A stretch of 63,350 nucleotides of DNA, counting the filler, from Reticulomyxa filosa (lineage: Eukaryota; Protista; Foraminifera): assembly GCA_000512085.1 (NCBI GenBank). It is 23 parts of 23 records of this genome, joined end to end, with 100 filler letters (N's around TTAATTAATTAA, not from the genome) between each part and the next. Parts side by side here need not be neighbours in the genome. Positions count along the whole stretch, not along the records: positions 24,613 to 28,595 come from ASPP01020649.1; positions 28,696 to 35,370 come from ASPP01010588.1; positions 35,471 to 36,774 come from ASPP01038930.1; positions 36,875 to 38,846 come from ASPP01013869.1; 19 more parts are not named here. One strand, given 5' to 3'. The notes beneath the pieces were generated by a model that ran no database searches, was not told where the DNA came from, and saw nothing but the letters and a program-made list of their open reading frames with translations. Below are positions 25,078 to 36,954 of the stretch, piece after piece (the stretch's first letter is position 1; every line of letters begins with the position of its first letter). The translations under genes were made by a program, and so were the position numbers.

Positions 25078-26584
25078 TATTAAGAGAAACATTGCGAGCA
25101 AAGAAGACATTGGAATCGAAAAATAAGAAATTAGAGCAGGACATTCGACAATTGCGTCAGCAGATTCAGCATTCGGACAATCATAACAATAACGAAATGG
25201 AACAGAGTGAAATAGATAACTTGTCGGCGAAAAAAAAGCAACATGCGAGACAAACGCTGTCGACCAGTGATATGAACACCAAAGGCTATGAACTCCGACA
25301 ACTGAAGGACGAAGTGGATAATCTGAAAGAAAAACTTGTTGATGTGGAAAATCAAGTTTTTTACACAAATAAAATGCTGTTAGTGACTCTTGCCACATGC
25401 AATACACATCACACACATATATACACATAATGACATTCAAAATGTTCACTTTAGAAAAAAGAAATGGAAAAGGATTACAGCCACGAATTAATGGAACTTC
25501 GGATGGCGCGAATGGAGAATCAAAGTTCAATGGTGGAGTCGCTGACCGGAGCGGTCGGGGAGTTGCAACGGGACTTGCAAGAACGAGGTCAGTACGTGCA
25601 GGAGATAAACGAAGAGAACATCCAGTTGATGCGACAATTGGAACAGGTGCAAAGGACAAGCCAGCAATTGCTGCGAGAGCGCAACTTGGCCCAACAGAGG
25701 CTGGGCGAAAAGCAGTACTCTTTGAACGACCGTATTTCCCAATTGGAAGAGATTATCAAAGAGCTGAACGACTCATTCCAACACGAAAAGCAACGCAACG
25801 AGCAATGTCTCAAAGTCATCCAACAGCTGCGACATGAAAACTCGGAGTTGGAAGGCGTCATTGCCAATCTCCAGAAAACCCAGCAACACACCACTCTCAA
25901 TGGTCACAGTAATAACGTCATTGCAATCAATCTGGGACAACAAAACAAAGAAGAAGAAGAAGAGGAAGAGGAAGAGGAAGAGGAAGAAAGGGAAGGTGAA
26001 GATCAAGATCAACACAAAAGCGATCATGATAACCAAGAACTAGAAAAAGAAAAGTGGAGAAGAGAGTCTTGGATCGCAACGACACAAAGCGAAATTAAGG
26101 TATATATTGTATATGCATATATACATTAATGTATATATGTATACCCTTTGTCAATAGTGTGTTTATCTGTTTGTTTGTTTGTTTTTTGTTATTGGACGTA
26201 TCCAAGGAAGTGTCGCTACGTGTCGAAAATGAAAACTTGCAGGGCGAAATGAACAAGTTATTGAATTATTTGAAGGTACAGCAACAAAAAGAAGAGGATA
26301 AACGCAAAAAAGGACATGTGCACACCTCCAGTGTTCAGAAACACTCCCTTGAGAGCAAAGAGATGGAACATTCTCTTCATAAAGTACTCGACGAACACCC
26401 CTCCCATCTCTTCTATCAAAATACTCTGCGCGAACAACAATCGCGAATTCAAACTTTGGAGGCCGATCTAAAAGCGAAAGACAATCATATTGTAACGCTA
26501 GAAAACAGCAAATTAGCATTCATCAACTGCGTCTCTACGGAAATGAACCTTTTGAGACATATCATCAAAATGAATAATAAATGA
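24684..26584 (+). CDS. Long coiled-coil protein with at least 3 exons; 5' end probably truncated
   Basis: E/Q/K/L-rich heptad ORFs 24684-25430, 25464-26129 and 26129-26584 separated by TA-rich introns; poly-N and poly-E tracts. Confidence 0.75.
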
Positions 26585-28096
26585 CCTTGATTGCTTCTCT
26601 TCCTACCTTTTTGTATTTTTCATATTGTCGTCTTCCTTTTGTCCTCTCCCAATTCCCATACGTAACTATATTAGTTGTTGCTTTCGGAAACATATTTTTT
26701 AAATTAAAATTTTGACGAAACAAATCAACACCCGATAGTTGTACATTTTTAACTTGTGCTTCAGGTTTTCTTCACAATCTTTAATACCAAAAACAGTTGA
26801 TGAGTTAAGTTTCACTTTTGCAAAAGAGAATCCAGACCACATTTTTTAAGAAATATTTTTATTCTTCAAATTTCGAGTTGACATCTAGTTCAAAAGGGCC
26901 AAAAATAATTATCTTTGAATAAAATTGCAATGTTTATATGTATTCTTTTTAGGCGTAGTAATTAGAAAAAAAATTTAAATATTTCACAGTACGGGTGAAT
27001 AATAATCGTTTTTCTTTAAAATTTACAAAAATTTGTGAGGGGTGGCGGCCGTTATGAAAAAAGTTGTGCTAAGTGTAATACGAAAAGATCATTTTCTTAA
27101 CAAGTCTGTCTGTTGAAACAAGTAATATTAAATCAATAAAGAATAAATTTAACTAAAAACCAAAGCAAGACAAACAGGAAAAAGTAAGAAGTCGTAAGTG
27201 AAAAAAGAAGTCAAGGTTCACTTGAATCTCACCAGCTAACAGGGTCTTAATAAAAATTATGATGAACGTTGTTTTTCATGGAGAAATCTATTACTTTCTT
27301 AAAGTAGCATAATAAGTGTATTCATGTTAAAAATGTGTTTAATTGCTTCTATTGGAATAAAAGACAATACATGTTTTTGTTGTGGTCACACACTTGTTGT
27401 GACGTGCGTTGTCACTGCTGTTTTGCTGATTATGCATTGTGGTTCAATGTGTAATGAGATTAATTTTTATTGTCACTATTGTATCTTTGGCATTTTTCCA
27501 TGAAAAAAATAATGCAACTCCCACAAATGAAACTTTCAAAATCAATTAATAAAAAAACTGGTCTACTTTTGGATGCGTGTGTACGATTATTGTAGGATTG
27601 ATTTTGTAACTCGTAGAGAATAAATTACTATTCATATATTACACACTCATTACCCGACTACGTATTATTCATTGAATGTACAGTGCTAATAGGAAAGTTA
27701 GACTGAGTGTTTTATGTCTAATTTCTAATTCTTTTTTTTTTTGGCATTACCATAGAATTCCATTTACATAACTTTAGGTGCAGATTGACAAACACTCTGA
27801 CTATTACCAGTGACAACAGTCCTATGATGCTTTTTGGTCAAAATGATTTTCTATTTCAGCAATCCAATTGAAAAACTGATAAGTTGATTGTCAAAAGAAT
27901 CTTTTGCTTATAAAACCAAAAAGTTACAAAAGGGGTGAAGAATTTTCGAACAATTTACAGGACTTTGCCAAACAACATGAAAAGTTTGTTCGTTGGTGTA
28001 TCCGTAAGTTCGAAATTCTCCAATTTAAATTCCTCGTGTTTTTAAAAAAAAAAGAAATACTTTTACAAAAAAACGATTAAGAAAAAAAAAAATTAA

Positions 28097-28560
28097 TTAC
28101 AATTTGGCATAACGCGGGAAAAGTTCTTCAACAACGTGTTTGACATAAGGGAAAACATTCGCGTATCCCATCCACCATTCAGGACCAAGAAACGTGACAT
28201 AAGTGACCATAATTTGGGAATTTTCTTTAACGTAATCAATGTATTTTTTTGTGTATCCATATTTTTTTTGTAATTCGAAGTATACGTCATCTATACTTTT
28301 GTACTTGCCCCCATCAGGAAACTTGAGACGACTGAAATCGAACACTTTGTGAGGAAACAAGGTACCGGTTACGCTAAAAGCAATTCGTTGTGATCTCGGA
28401 TTTGTAGCAATGGTAAAGGCCATTCGATAACCCAAATGGCAAAAACTCATCGATTGTAGGACAACTAGTAGCAGTCCGAGTCTTTTGTCTGTGGAACTAG
28501 GAAGCACGGAAAGCACATCATAATATCCAACTTCGCCGTATTTAATTTCCCTTTCCAAAA
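28097..28560 (-). CDS. GNAT-like acyltransferase, C-terminal exon, ending in a PTS1-like AKL
   Basis: YDVLSVLPSSTDKRLGLLLV...GYRMAFTIATNPRSQR resembles GNAT motifs A and B (LSVxP..xGxG / ATx..SQ); ends RYAKL*. Confidence 0.55.
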
Positions 28561-28695
28561 AAAAAAAAAATTTTTTTTTTGTGTTAATTCAGCAANNNNN
28601 NNNNNNNNNNNNNNNNNNNNNNNNNNNNNNNNNNNNNNNTTAATTAATTAANNNNNNNNNNNNNNNNNNNNNNNNNNNNNNNNNNNNNNNNNNNN

Positions 28696-29163
28696 TGAAT
28701 GATAACAAATAATAAGAAGAACAACGAAAAGGGGGAGAACCTGACATTCTAGTTTTTTGAATGTTTTCAAAATGTCTTTTGCTTTGATTCCACGACCCAT
28801 ATGTGCGCATTTCTTTTTGTTTGGCTCTTCGTTTTCTTTTTTTGCTTCTGTGTCGTTCTCTTTATCTTTGTCTTTCTCTTCGCTGTCTTTTTTCTCCTCT
28901 TCCTCCTTCTCATTCTCGTTTGTCTTCGTGTTGTCGTTGCCTGCTTGTGCAGCTCCAGTTTTATCTTCTGCTGGGAGTGCTTGCGCTACGTCGTTCGGTT
29001 TTTCTTCTTTTGTTGTCTCATTTTCAGCCGGTGTCACTTTTGCTTCTTCTTTGTTTATTGCAGGTCTTTCATCACACACGTTGGCAAGCACTTGATTGGA
29101 TGAAGAATCAACTGCCCCAGGGACAGGGCTTATTTCAGCAGATATTTCTATTGAATCTGTCAT
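28696..29163 (-). CDS. Hypothetical protein, acidic low-complexity first exon
   Basis: E/K/D-rich ORF from MTDSIEISAE with a probable donor near CQ|gt; no family recognised. Confidence 0.55.
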
Positions 29164-29597
29164 CTTTCGTTCCAATCCTTGAGCAAATGTTTTTTTTTTT
29201 TGGGTTCCTTTCGTCTGTTTGCAAACAAAAAAAAATTGATTGAGAAATTGGCTTGTCTACAGTAAATTAACGCACGAAACTCAATTTTTTTGAGGATGTT
29301 CGATCGTGAAATTAATCGATTTTAAAAACAAACTCTGGTATGGAATCAAACATTTACATAAAGAATGAAAAAAGACACTCGCTTATGCGTTTTAATATGA
29401 AAAAATAAAAATTAATAAAAATATAGGAATATTGTCAAGCAATGAAGCAAAATGTAAAGTTTGACACTGACAATATCAGTTCAAAAAAGGTAAAAAAAGC
29501 AGAAAAAGCGTTTTTTGTTAAGGCAAAAAAAAAGTAACAACGTTACACAAATCCAAACTAAAGAAAAGGAAAACATAAAAAGGCTTAATATTTGAGG

Positions 29598-32500
29598 ATG
29601 GCAATCAGTTTTGCTGCGCCGAATATAAAAGAGCAGTGCCGTTTTGGGCTTTCCATTGGTGCAAGCAAATCTTGCGCCGTATGGAATGACGGAAAAACTG
29701 ATGTGAAAGTTTCGATACCATCATATATGATCTTAAGAGAAAAAGGGGAGCCACTATTTGGGGATGAAGCTGAAATGTACGAACTGGACAATTTAGAAAA
29801 GGAAAAAACGTGTGAATTATGGAAATTGATGACTAACGAGTCAATGCTTGAAGGAGTGACAAAAGAAAAACTACTTTTATTATTTGTGAAGCACATGAAA
29901 GAGAGGATAGAGGGTGCAGCAAAAAAAGAAATGGCAGAAGTTGTAGTGGCGATACCGGAGATATGGGAAGAAGAAGATGCAGAGGGTGACGAAAAAAAGG
30001 AAAAGAAGCAAAAGAAAAAAGCTGTATGTACACATATATAAATCACATTTCCTTTGTTATTTTGTTTTAGAGCCAGAGAAAAAAAAAAAAAAAAGTCAAT
30101 GATAGAGTCACTTGTAGCAAAAGAAATTGGTCTTGCGTCATTGACAGTAATTAACGAAAACGCAGCAGCACTAATTGCGTACAGATTAAATAGCAGCACA
30201 CCCAACAATGAAAAGCGGCAAGTGCTGGTCATAAATATGGGAGGAAAAAATACTACAGTATCTCTCGTGTCCGTGAGCAACAAAAAAATGGAGCAACAGG
30301 CAATAATAAGGACGTTAGGAGGTGATGCATGCACAGATAAACTAGTGGATCATTTTGCAGAAAAGTTTGGAAAACAAAGTACAGTAATAATCGAAAAAGA
30401 CAAGAAAGCCATACAAAGGTTAAAAAAAGCATGCATTCAATTAAAACACAAATTGAGCGCTTCAAAATCGGCAAAAGTGAACATAAAATCGATAGTGGAA
30501 GGAAGTGACTTTGAGTTGGAGATGACCCGAAACGAGTTTTGAAAAAAAACCCCGAGTGTGTGTGTGTGTGTGATGCACGTATACGTACGCTTTATTTATT
30601 TATTTTTTTTTTTTTTTGCTTTGTTTAAAAAAAATGAAAAGATTTGAACTCTTATGCAGCGACATTTACAATTTACTTGAAAAAGCTATCGCACAAGTGC
30701 TGAAAATAGCCAACGCCGCACTCTTTGATGTGACGGATGTAATTATGGCAGGTGGCTCTATTGTAATTCCAAGAGTCAACCAATCAATTCATGAGATGGT
30801 CGAAAAACAACTGCCAAAAGCTCGCATTTGGGAAAGCATCAACGGAGACGAAGTTGTGGCAAATGGAGCAGCAAAGTGTGCAATAGTGATCACGGACAAG
30901 ATGTGGTCATTTGAAAAAGTACAACACGCTTTTGCTGTATCTAAACAAGACGACACTAGTACTGATTCATCCACTCCTGAAGGTAGCTCGGCGGTTCCTA
31001 CTGATACTCTTTCCTCCTCTTTTACATCTGGGGATACTACAATGATCCCTGTTGCCACACCTTCTTCTCCTCTCTTCGTTTATGCCAAATGGGGTCTCTC
31101 CATCGAATTGTCCGAATTTAAAAAAAAGAAGAACAATACCTGGCAGAATTGGCTAAGAAAATGGACTGCAAACCGGAACAATTAACATTAATTTCCCTCG
31201 AAAGTGGCTCTTCTTATATTGGTATCCTATTCATTATTGTTAAAACAACCATACCGAACGCTGACGTACAAGTGTATTGTAGTACGGAACAGTTGGCCGT
31301 CCAGTTCGTGAAAGAATTAAACAATCAATTAAACTCAATAAACTCAAGTGCATTTTCTCAAAACGATACCAAAGTAATTAAAAGCGCAGAACTAGTAAAA
31401 TATTTCCAAAATGATCCCCCCTCCCCCTCTTCATTCGCTGTTCCCATTGACGTAAGCGTTTTATCAGGGTTCGAAAAGTGGTTCGCGGAGAAAGCTCTTG
31501 TTTTGGAATCTGATCTAAAGAGATCCCTCAAACAAGGCCCTGATGACTTTGCAATTCGGAGTATTGTTGTGGTGTACAACGACTCTCTTAAAAACCAATT
31601 TTTGCAAAAACATCAAGAATTACATACAGAGTTTCAATCTTCCATTAAGTTGTTCAAAGCCACTAGCCTAATGAATGTGCCAGGTTTGAAAAAAGACTGT
31701 TTTTTTGTGTATTACATTATTCCTTTTGAACTTTCATCATTCACTTACACACAAACTGCAAATGTTGTAATTATAACTAAGCAATCTTTAATATTGGCCT
31801 TCGAGATATCGGTAAGTTGGACGCTGGTTGGTACGGCCAGGGTCATTACTTTACATCTTATCCTCAATATGCTGCATATTATGCTTGGAAATACAAACGC
31901 CAAACTATTCCTGACACATTTACAATGTTGTGCTTCCTTGCAAATTGTGGCAAAGTCAAAGAGATACGCACACGTGCAGATGGCCAAAATATCACTTTTG
32001 GATTTGATTCTCACTACGTACGAGTCAATCCCCAAGGTAACACCTCTGGCGATCTTGTTTATGACGAATATTGCATTCGTGATAATCGTCCTATCTTGCC
32101 TGTCTTTGCAATCACTTTGAAAAAAATACCCAAAAGACCAATTGTACTTTGGTATATAACCTGAATTTTATTTATTTAACTTGATGTATATATGTTTCTT
32201 GTTGTGCAATCTTGCTTCTTCTTCAATTCACTTTTCAGTTTTTGTGACACAGGAGAGATGCCAAGATTGAAAATTCTGAAAACTCGAGCATTTACAAGGA
32301 GATAGAGGCATATTTGAACGACTCACTAGGGACGTTGCACTGTACAACAACAACTCATGATGCTATAAGTCTTTTGAGACTTCGAGAAGCAAAAAGCAAC
32401 AGCACAATTGTAATCACGAATGGTGCAGACCATGCAAATGTCTTTTTAACAAAACTTCGAAAAGAATTAAATCTGGATTGCCCTGTATTAATATTTTGTA

Positions 32501-32604
32501 AAAATATTCAATATCATATCACATGGGCAGCAAAATTTACGAAAGTGAAATTGACAACGTCAAGGTCATGCGTAATTGAATTTGTAAAACAATACATTAA
32601 GTAA
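29598..32604 (+). CDS. Chimeric protein: degenerate Hsp70-like ATPase domain + linker + PARP-like ADP-ribosyltransferase + C-terminal alpha/beta domain (~4 introns, probable 1-nt error in the A8 run at 31120-31127)
   Basis: Hsp70 NBD motifs VVVAIP, INENAAALIAY, VLVINMGG, LGGDACTDKLVDHF, RLKKACIQLKHKLS, TRNEFELLC, GGSIVIPRV, INGDEVVANGAA; ART motifs LFKATS, DAGWYGQGHYFTSYPQYA, GFDSHYV, YDEYCI..ILP. Confidence 0.75.
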
Positions 32605-32865
32605 TATTTTCGATCAAAAATCTTCCAAAGGATTTAGAATATAACATTGTTAGATTTTGAAATTAGTGCAAGTAGAATTGACTAATTGTAATATCATTGT
32701 TTATCTTAGATTTAATATCATAATTATTGAAAAAAGAGAAAACATTAAATCATTTTTTGCTTTACAAGTGGAAAAAAATATTAAAAATAAATTTTAAAAA
32801 ATATTGACAATGAATGAATATATAGTAAGTTTCAAATTTATTCATATTAAACACTTTAAAATACA

Positions 32866-32950
32866 TTGTAATGCAAAAGAAAGTTGACTCCTAAAACGGC
32901 ACAACATAGAGATAATTGATTTTTCCTATGAATAAACAACATTTAGCGTT
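32866..32950 (+). mobile_element. Tc1-family left terminal-repeat fragment
   Basis: gcaaaagaaagttgactcctaaaacggc...gataattgatttttcctatgaataaacaacatttag resembles 2501-2585 and 38708-38792. Confidence 0.6.
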
Positions 32951-34129
32951 AAAGCTATTTGGATAATCTATGTTTTAAATCTTGCATTATTCGCTATAAA
33001 TATGCTATTTTATTTCATGTGATGTCTGATTGTCACTTTACAGTAAATCTCAATATTTAACATAAATGTTGTAAGTTTCTTAGCGTTTACAAAATTTGCA
33101 ATCATATATAATTACAACTCTTTTATTATTGCTTCTAAACTTTCTACAGTTTTCAGCAGTTTTGCGATTTCTACCCACAGCTTTGTTACTTCGTTGCTTC
33201 CATTTATGTTTTCTTGGTTGTTGTTATTACGACATCGCTATAACTTGATCATTTCTTGGACTTAAAGACCTTTGTCTTTGTGATATTCTTGTTCCTTTGA
33301 TTTAATCGCTTGTTGTTGTAAGTTATACACATTTACTATGTGTCATCAGTGTTTTTTGATTCTTCAATTTGTATATTTACTTTTTGATCTCTTTTTAATA
33401 TCACTAATTTCCAGCCTTCCAAGAAATTCGACAAAAGATTTTAATTAATTTTTGATGACTGTGCAAATAATGTAATCGCTTGAACGATTTCCACTGAATG
33501 CATAGTGATTATATACTTTTTTTTGACGAAAATTTTTTTGACACAAAAAAAACGCAAAATAAACTTCAAAACTGATATATGTTGAAGTATCTAGTTAGCA
33601 TTTGCACAAATCTCTTCAGTAAACAACTTTCCGTAAAATTAGTAATAACGAACGTTGTGTGATTTTTTGTTTATTTTTGAAAAAATCGTTTAAAAGCGAT
33701 TTTTTTGTAGGATGATATTTAATAAATGGAAAGTGGAATTATCACTGCTTGTTTATGGTAGAAAAGACAGTTTCTCTTATCTCTTATTTTTTCCGTCATA
33801 TTGCTTAAGCGGTTATTTCAACTCTTTTCTGGTGATAAAAAATTACATTAAAGTGCACTAATGCTACAATGCATCGCAAAATACTTTTTACTCCAAAAAG
33901 AAAAAAACATTGCCATCAAATACGTGCATTAGTCTAAAAAACTTGGAAAAACGAATGAAAACATGTGAATTCCGTTATGTTATTAGAAAGTGACTATTGT
34001 ATGTTTTAATCGAAATGTGAACAATTTTTTGTTTTTTTGATGGAACACTAAATTTTGATTAAATGAACATTGCAAACATTGAAAAGTGGGAAAGGAGACA
34101 TTTGAGTAAAAAAGCAAGAGCCAATTGTC

Positions 34130-34920
34130 TCAGTTGGCGCAACAACACCAGCAGAGACACCACGGACAGCCTTGTTCAGTCATTCTCCACCAACAAAAGC
34201 GACAAGGGAAGCAGCACATGAGCGTGCAGGATTGGACAAGCAGACAACAAGCGAAGCAGCGATTGGGTCTTTTATTGGCACGTTCTCCTCCACTACAAAA
34301 AAAAATATATATGTACATATAGTATACGTATACACATATAATAGGTTACTTTTCTTTTAAAAAAAAAAAAAGAAATTATGAATTACGTAACGGACAGCCA
34401 TGGAATATATTAGCTCGATCATAATGTCCTTTTTCATATTGCTTTCGACAAAGCCAGCAAAACTCATACTTACAATACGAGCATTTGACGTGATTGCAGC
34501 CTTCTAACTTTTCAATCCTGGCGTGGCACTTTGGACAGAACTGTACGTCCTTGCGTGCGTCCTTGCACCAGAGCTCCAGCTTCTTGTCCGAGACGAAATC
34601 ACACGGCGTGCCGCCGTGCCACGGTAGCGTGCACCGAAAGCAGATTTCGGCCTTGCACTGCGCACACTGCAGCTTCGTCTGTTTGGCCTGCGTGCGGAAC
34701 AGCGGGGTTTCGCACCCGGGTGTCACGCACCAGCGCACGTTCGCATTCTTAGCCAACGCGATATTGCGCGCATAGCGCTTGTACTTGAGCTGCAGCGTTG
34801 TATCAATCAGTTCAAACACCTCGTGTTGTCCAATCACACGCTCGCAATTCGTTTCCATGCATGTCGACGATACAATCCCATTCGATATTTGTTCTTGTAA
34901 ATAATAGCTCATGCATCCTT

Positions 34921-34952
<32 letters not shown>

Positions 34953-35370
34953 TTTATTTGCATCCTTTAGTGCAAGTTATTTTATAAAAAAAATAATAAC
35001 AATGAATAATAATAATAACAATAATAATAATAATAACTTTTCAAAAAGCATGCCCGCATTTTCCTTTGTAAATTTTGTGCAAAGGTCTTTTGACGGTACA
35101 AATCGAACAGAGTTGTGTCACTCCAATGTATTTTTCGTCGTCTTCGTCTTCTCTTTGTTCGCGCGCCTTTTGTTCGTCTCCTTTCGCTGCATGCCTTTCC
35201 GCACTTTGGTCTTGCTTGTCTTCTTCGAGCAACGGCCCGCGCAAGCTGCGCTCATGCGGCATGATCATTGTCTCGCTCGCAAAGGATAGGTAGGGATTCG
35301 ATTGCACGTTCGCCACTTCTTCTTTTTCTCTTTCTCCTATCTCTACTTCTTCTTCTTCTTCTTCTTCTTC
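34130..35370 (-). CDS. RBR (RING1-IBR-RING2) E3 ubiquitin ligase with a Cys-rich C-terminal exon; 5' end truncated
   Basis: CSIC...CGHAF (RING1); RWCVTPGC...CAQCKAEICFRCTLPWHGGTPC (IBR); CPKCHARIEKLEGCNHVKCSYCKYEFCWLC (RING2 with the catalytic Cys). Confidence 0.93.
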
Positions 35371-35596
35371 NNNNNNNNNNNNNNNNNNNNNNNNNNNNNN
35401 NNNNNNNNNNNNNNTTAATTAATTAANNNNNNNNNNNNNNNNNNNNNNNNNNNNNNNNNNNNNNNNNNNNAAAAAAAAATGTTCATGAAAAAAAACAAGG
35501 GAGGTTTACGTATATCAAGAAATAGTAAGGGTGGATGATATATTGTATATATGACAGATTTGATTTAAAATGGATTTTTTTAAACAAACAAAAACA

Positions 35597-36774
35597 CAGT
35601 GCATTTGCAAGTGCTGTTGTAATCGTGATGACAAGCATACAATCGTCGAATGGAGTGTGCAAATGGGTTGAACAGACAGGAGCAAATAGAGCATTTGATA
35701 AATTGTTTGTGATCAATTGCTCCAGTACCACGTTAGTGCGAACGCCAAATTTGGCTGTCAATAATATATGCAGCCTAAGCAATTCTGCATTTCCATTGTA
35801 TCGTGCTCTAATAAAAAAAAAATTGCGATTCCAAATTTATACAAAGTCCAACACATACGCCCAAGGTATTGTTGCCAACACTCGCAAGTTCGTCATGCAC
35901 CAACAATTCCTATTCGCCAAGTAACATTTCTATCAGCGAGAAACATTTTTGGAACGCTGTTCGATACTTTAATGTTAGGTTCTTTTTTTTTTTAATACTT
36001 TTTTTTTAAAACAACAAACAAAAAAAATTTTGATAGGTCGTACGATGTGGCGCAAAAAATGAAATATGGACGACATGGACAAAATTGATGACAATGACGA
36101 CAATGACAACTTTGACAAATGGCCCGACCAGCTGCAATTGCTGATGCAAATTTTAATGGAAATAAGTCGTCATCATGGATCAGTACCTGCCTTTAAGGTG
36201 GAAGAAGCGCTGTTGGCGCAAATGGGGATATTAGCAATACACAACTGACGAGCAATTAAATTGCAAGTCAGTGGTGATGCTCATCCTTTTTTTGTACGCA
36301 GAGCTACTTTCGCCAAGGCATGGTCTGTCAAATAGCACTTATGCTGTCACTCCACATCGCACATAGCTCGCATCACACACTTGATTGTCCATGAATTTAT
36401 CATGCTCCTACAAATTGGCAACAGCGCAACTCATTTATGGGAAACTTTGTTGATAACCCCAAACAAATTCATAGCGGCATCCAATCAAAACGTAACACAT
36501 GTGATCTTTTCAAGTTATTTTTTGTTGTTGTTGTTGTAATAACATAAACATATGTTTTTGGCTGTTACTTGTATAGACTGGGCAAATATTGAACAGCGAT
36601 TGCACAAATTGTTGGATGAATTTGATCAAAAGAAAAAAGAATACGGGGTAGAAACCACCCCGTCTCCGAAAGGAGAAATAACGGTTTGTTCTATTTATCC
36701 TTTTTTAAAAATATATTTAACTGTTATGTGTTGTATAACATAGGTTCCTCCGTCCGCAAATATTGTTACAAATA
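35597..36774 (+). CDS. Hypothetical multi-exon fragment, possibly decayed
   Basis: Short coding-like blocks between intron-like AT tracts; an in-frame stop at 36246-36248; no family recognised. Confidence 0.3.
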
Positions 36775-36954
36775 NNNNNNNNNNNNNNNNNNNNNNNNNN
36801 NNNNNNNNNNNNNNNNNNTTAATTAATTAANNNNNNNNNNNNNNNNNNNNNNNNNNNNNNNNNNNNNNNNNNNNAGGAGAGAGGAGGAGGAGGTATATTA
36901 TATAAATATAAGTATAAATATATTTATATTTAATATTTATGCTTATATTTATAT

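Noticed and set aside
35041-35043. TGA exactly where the RING1 Cys is expected (CGHAF*), suggesting selenocysteine or stop recoding
   Set aside because: The intron phase needs one more base (TG[C] AAA A|GA TGC = CKRC), so a 1-nt deletion or sequencing error explains it; TGA is an ordinary stop in other genes here.
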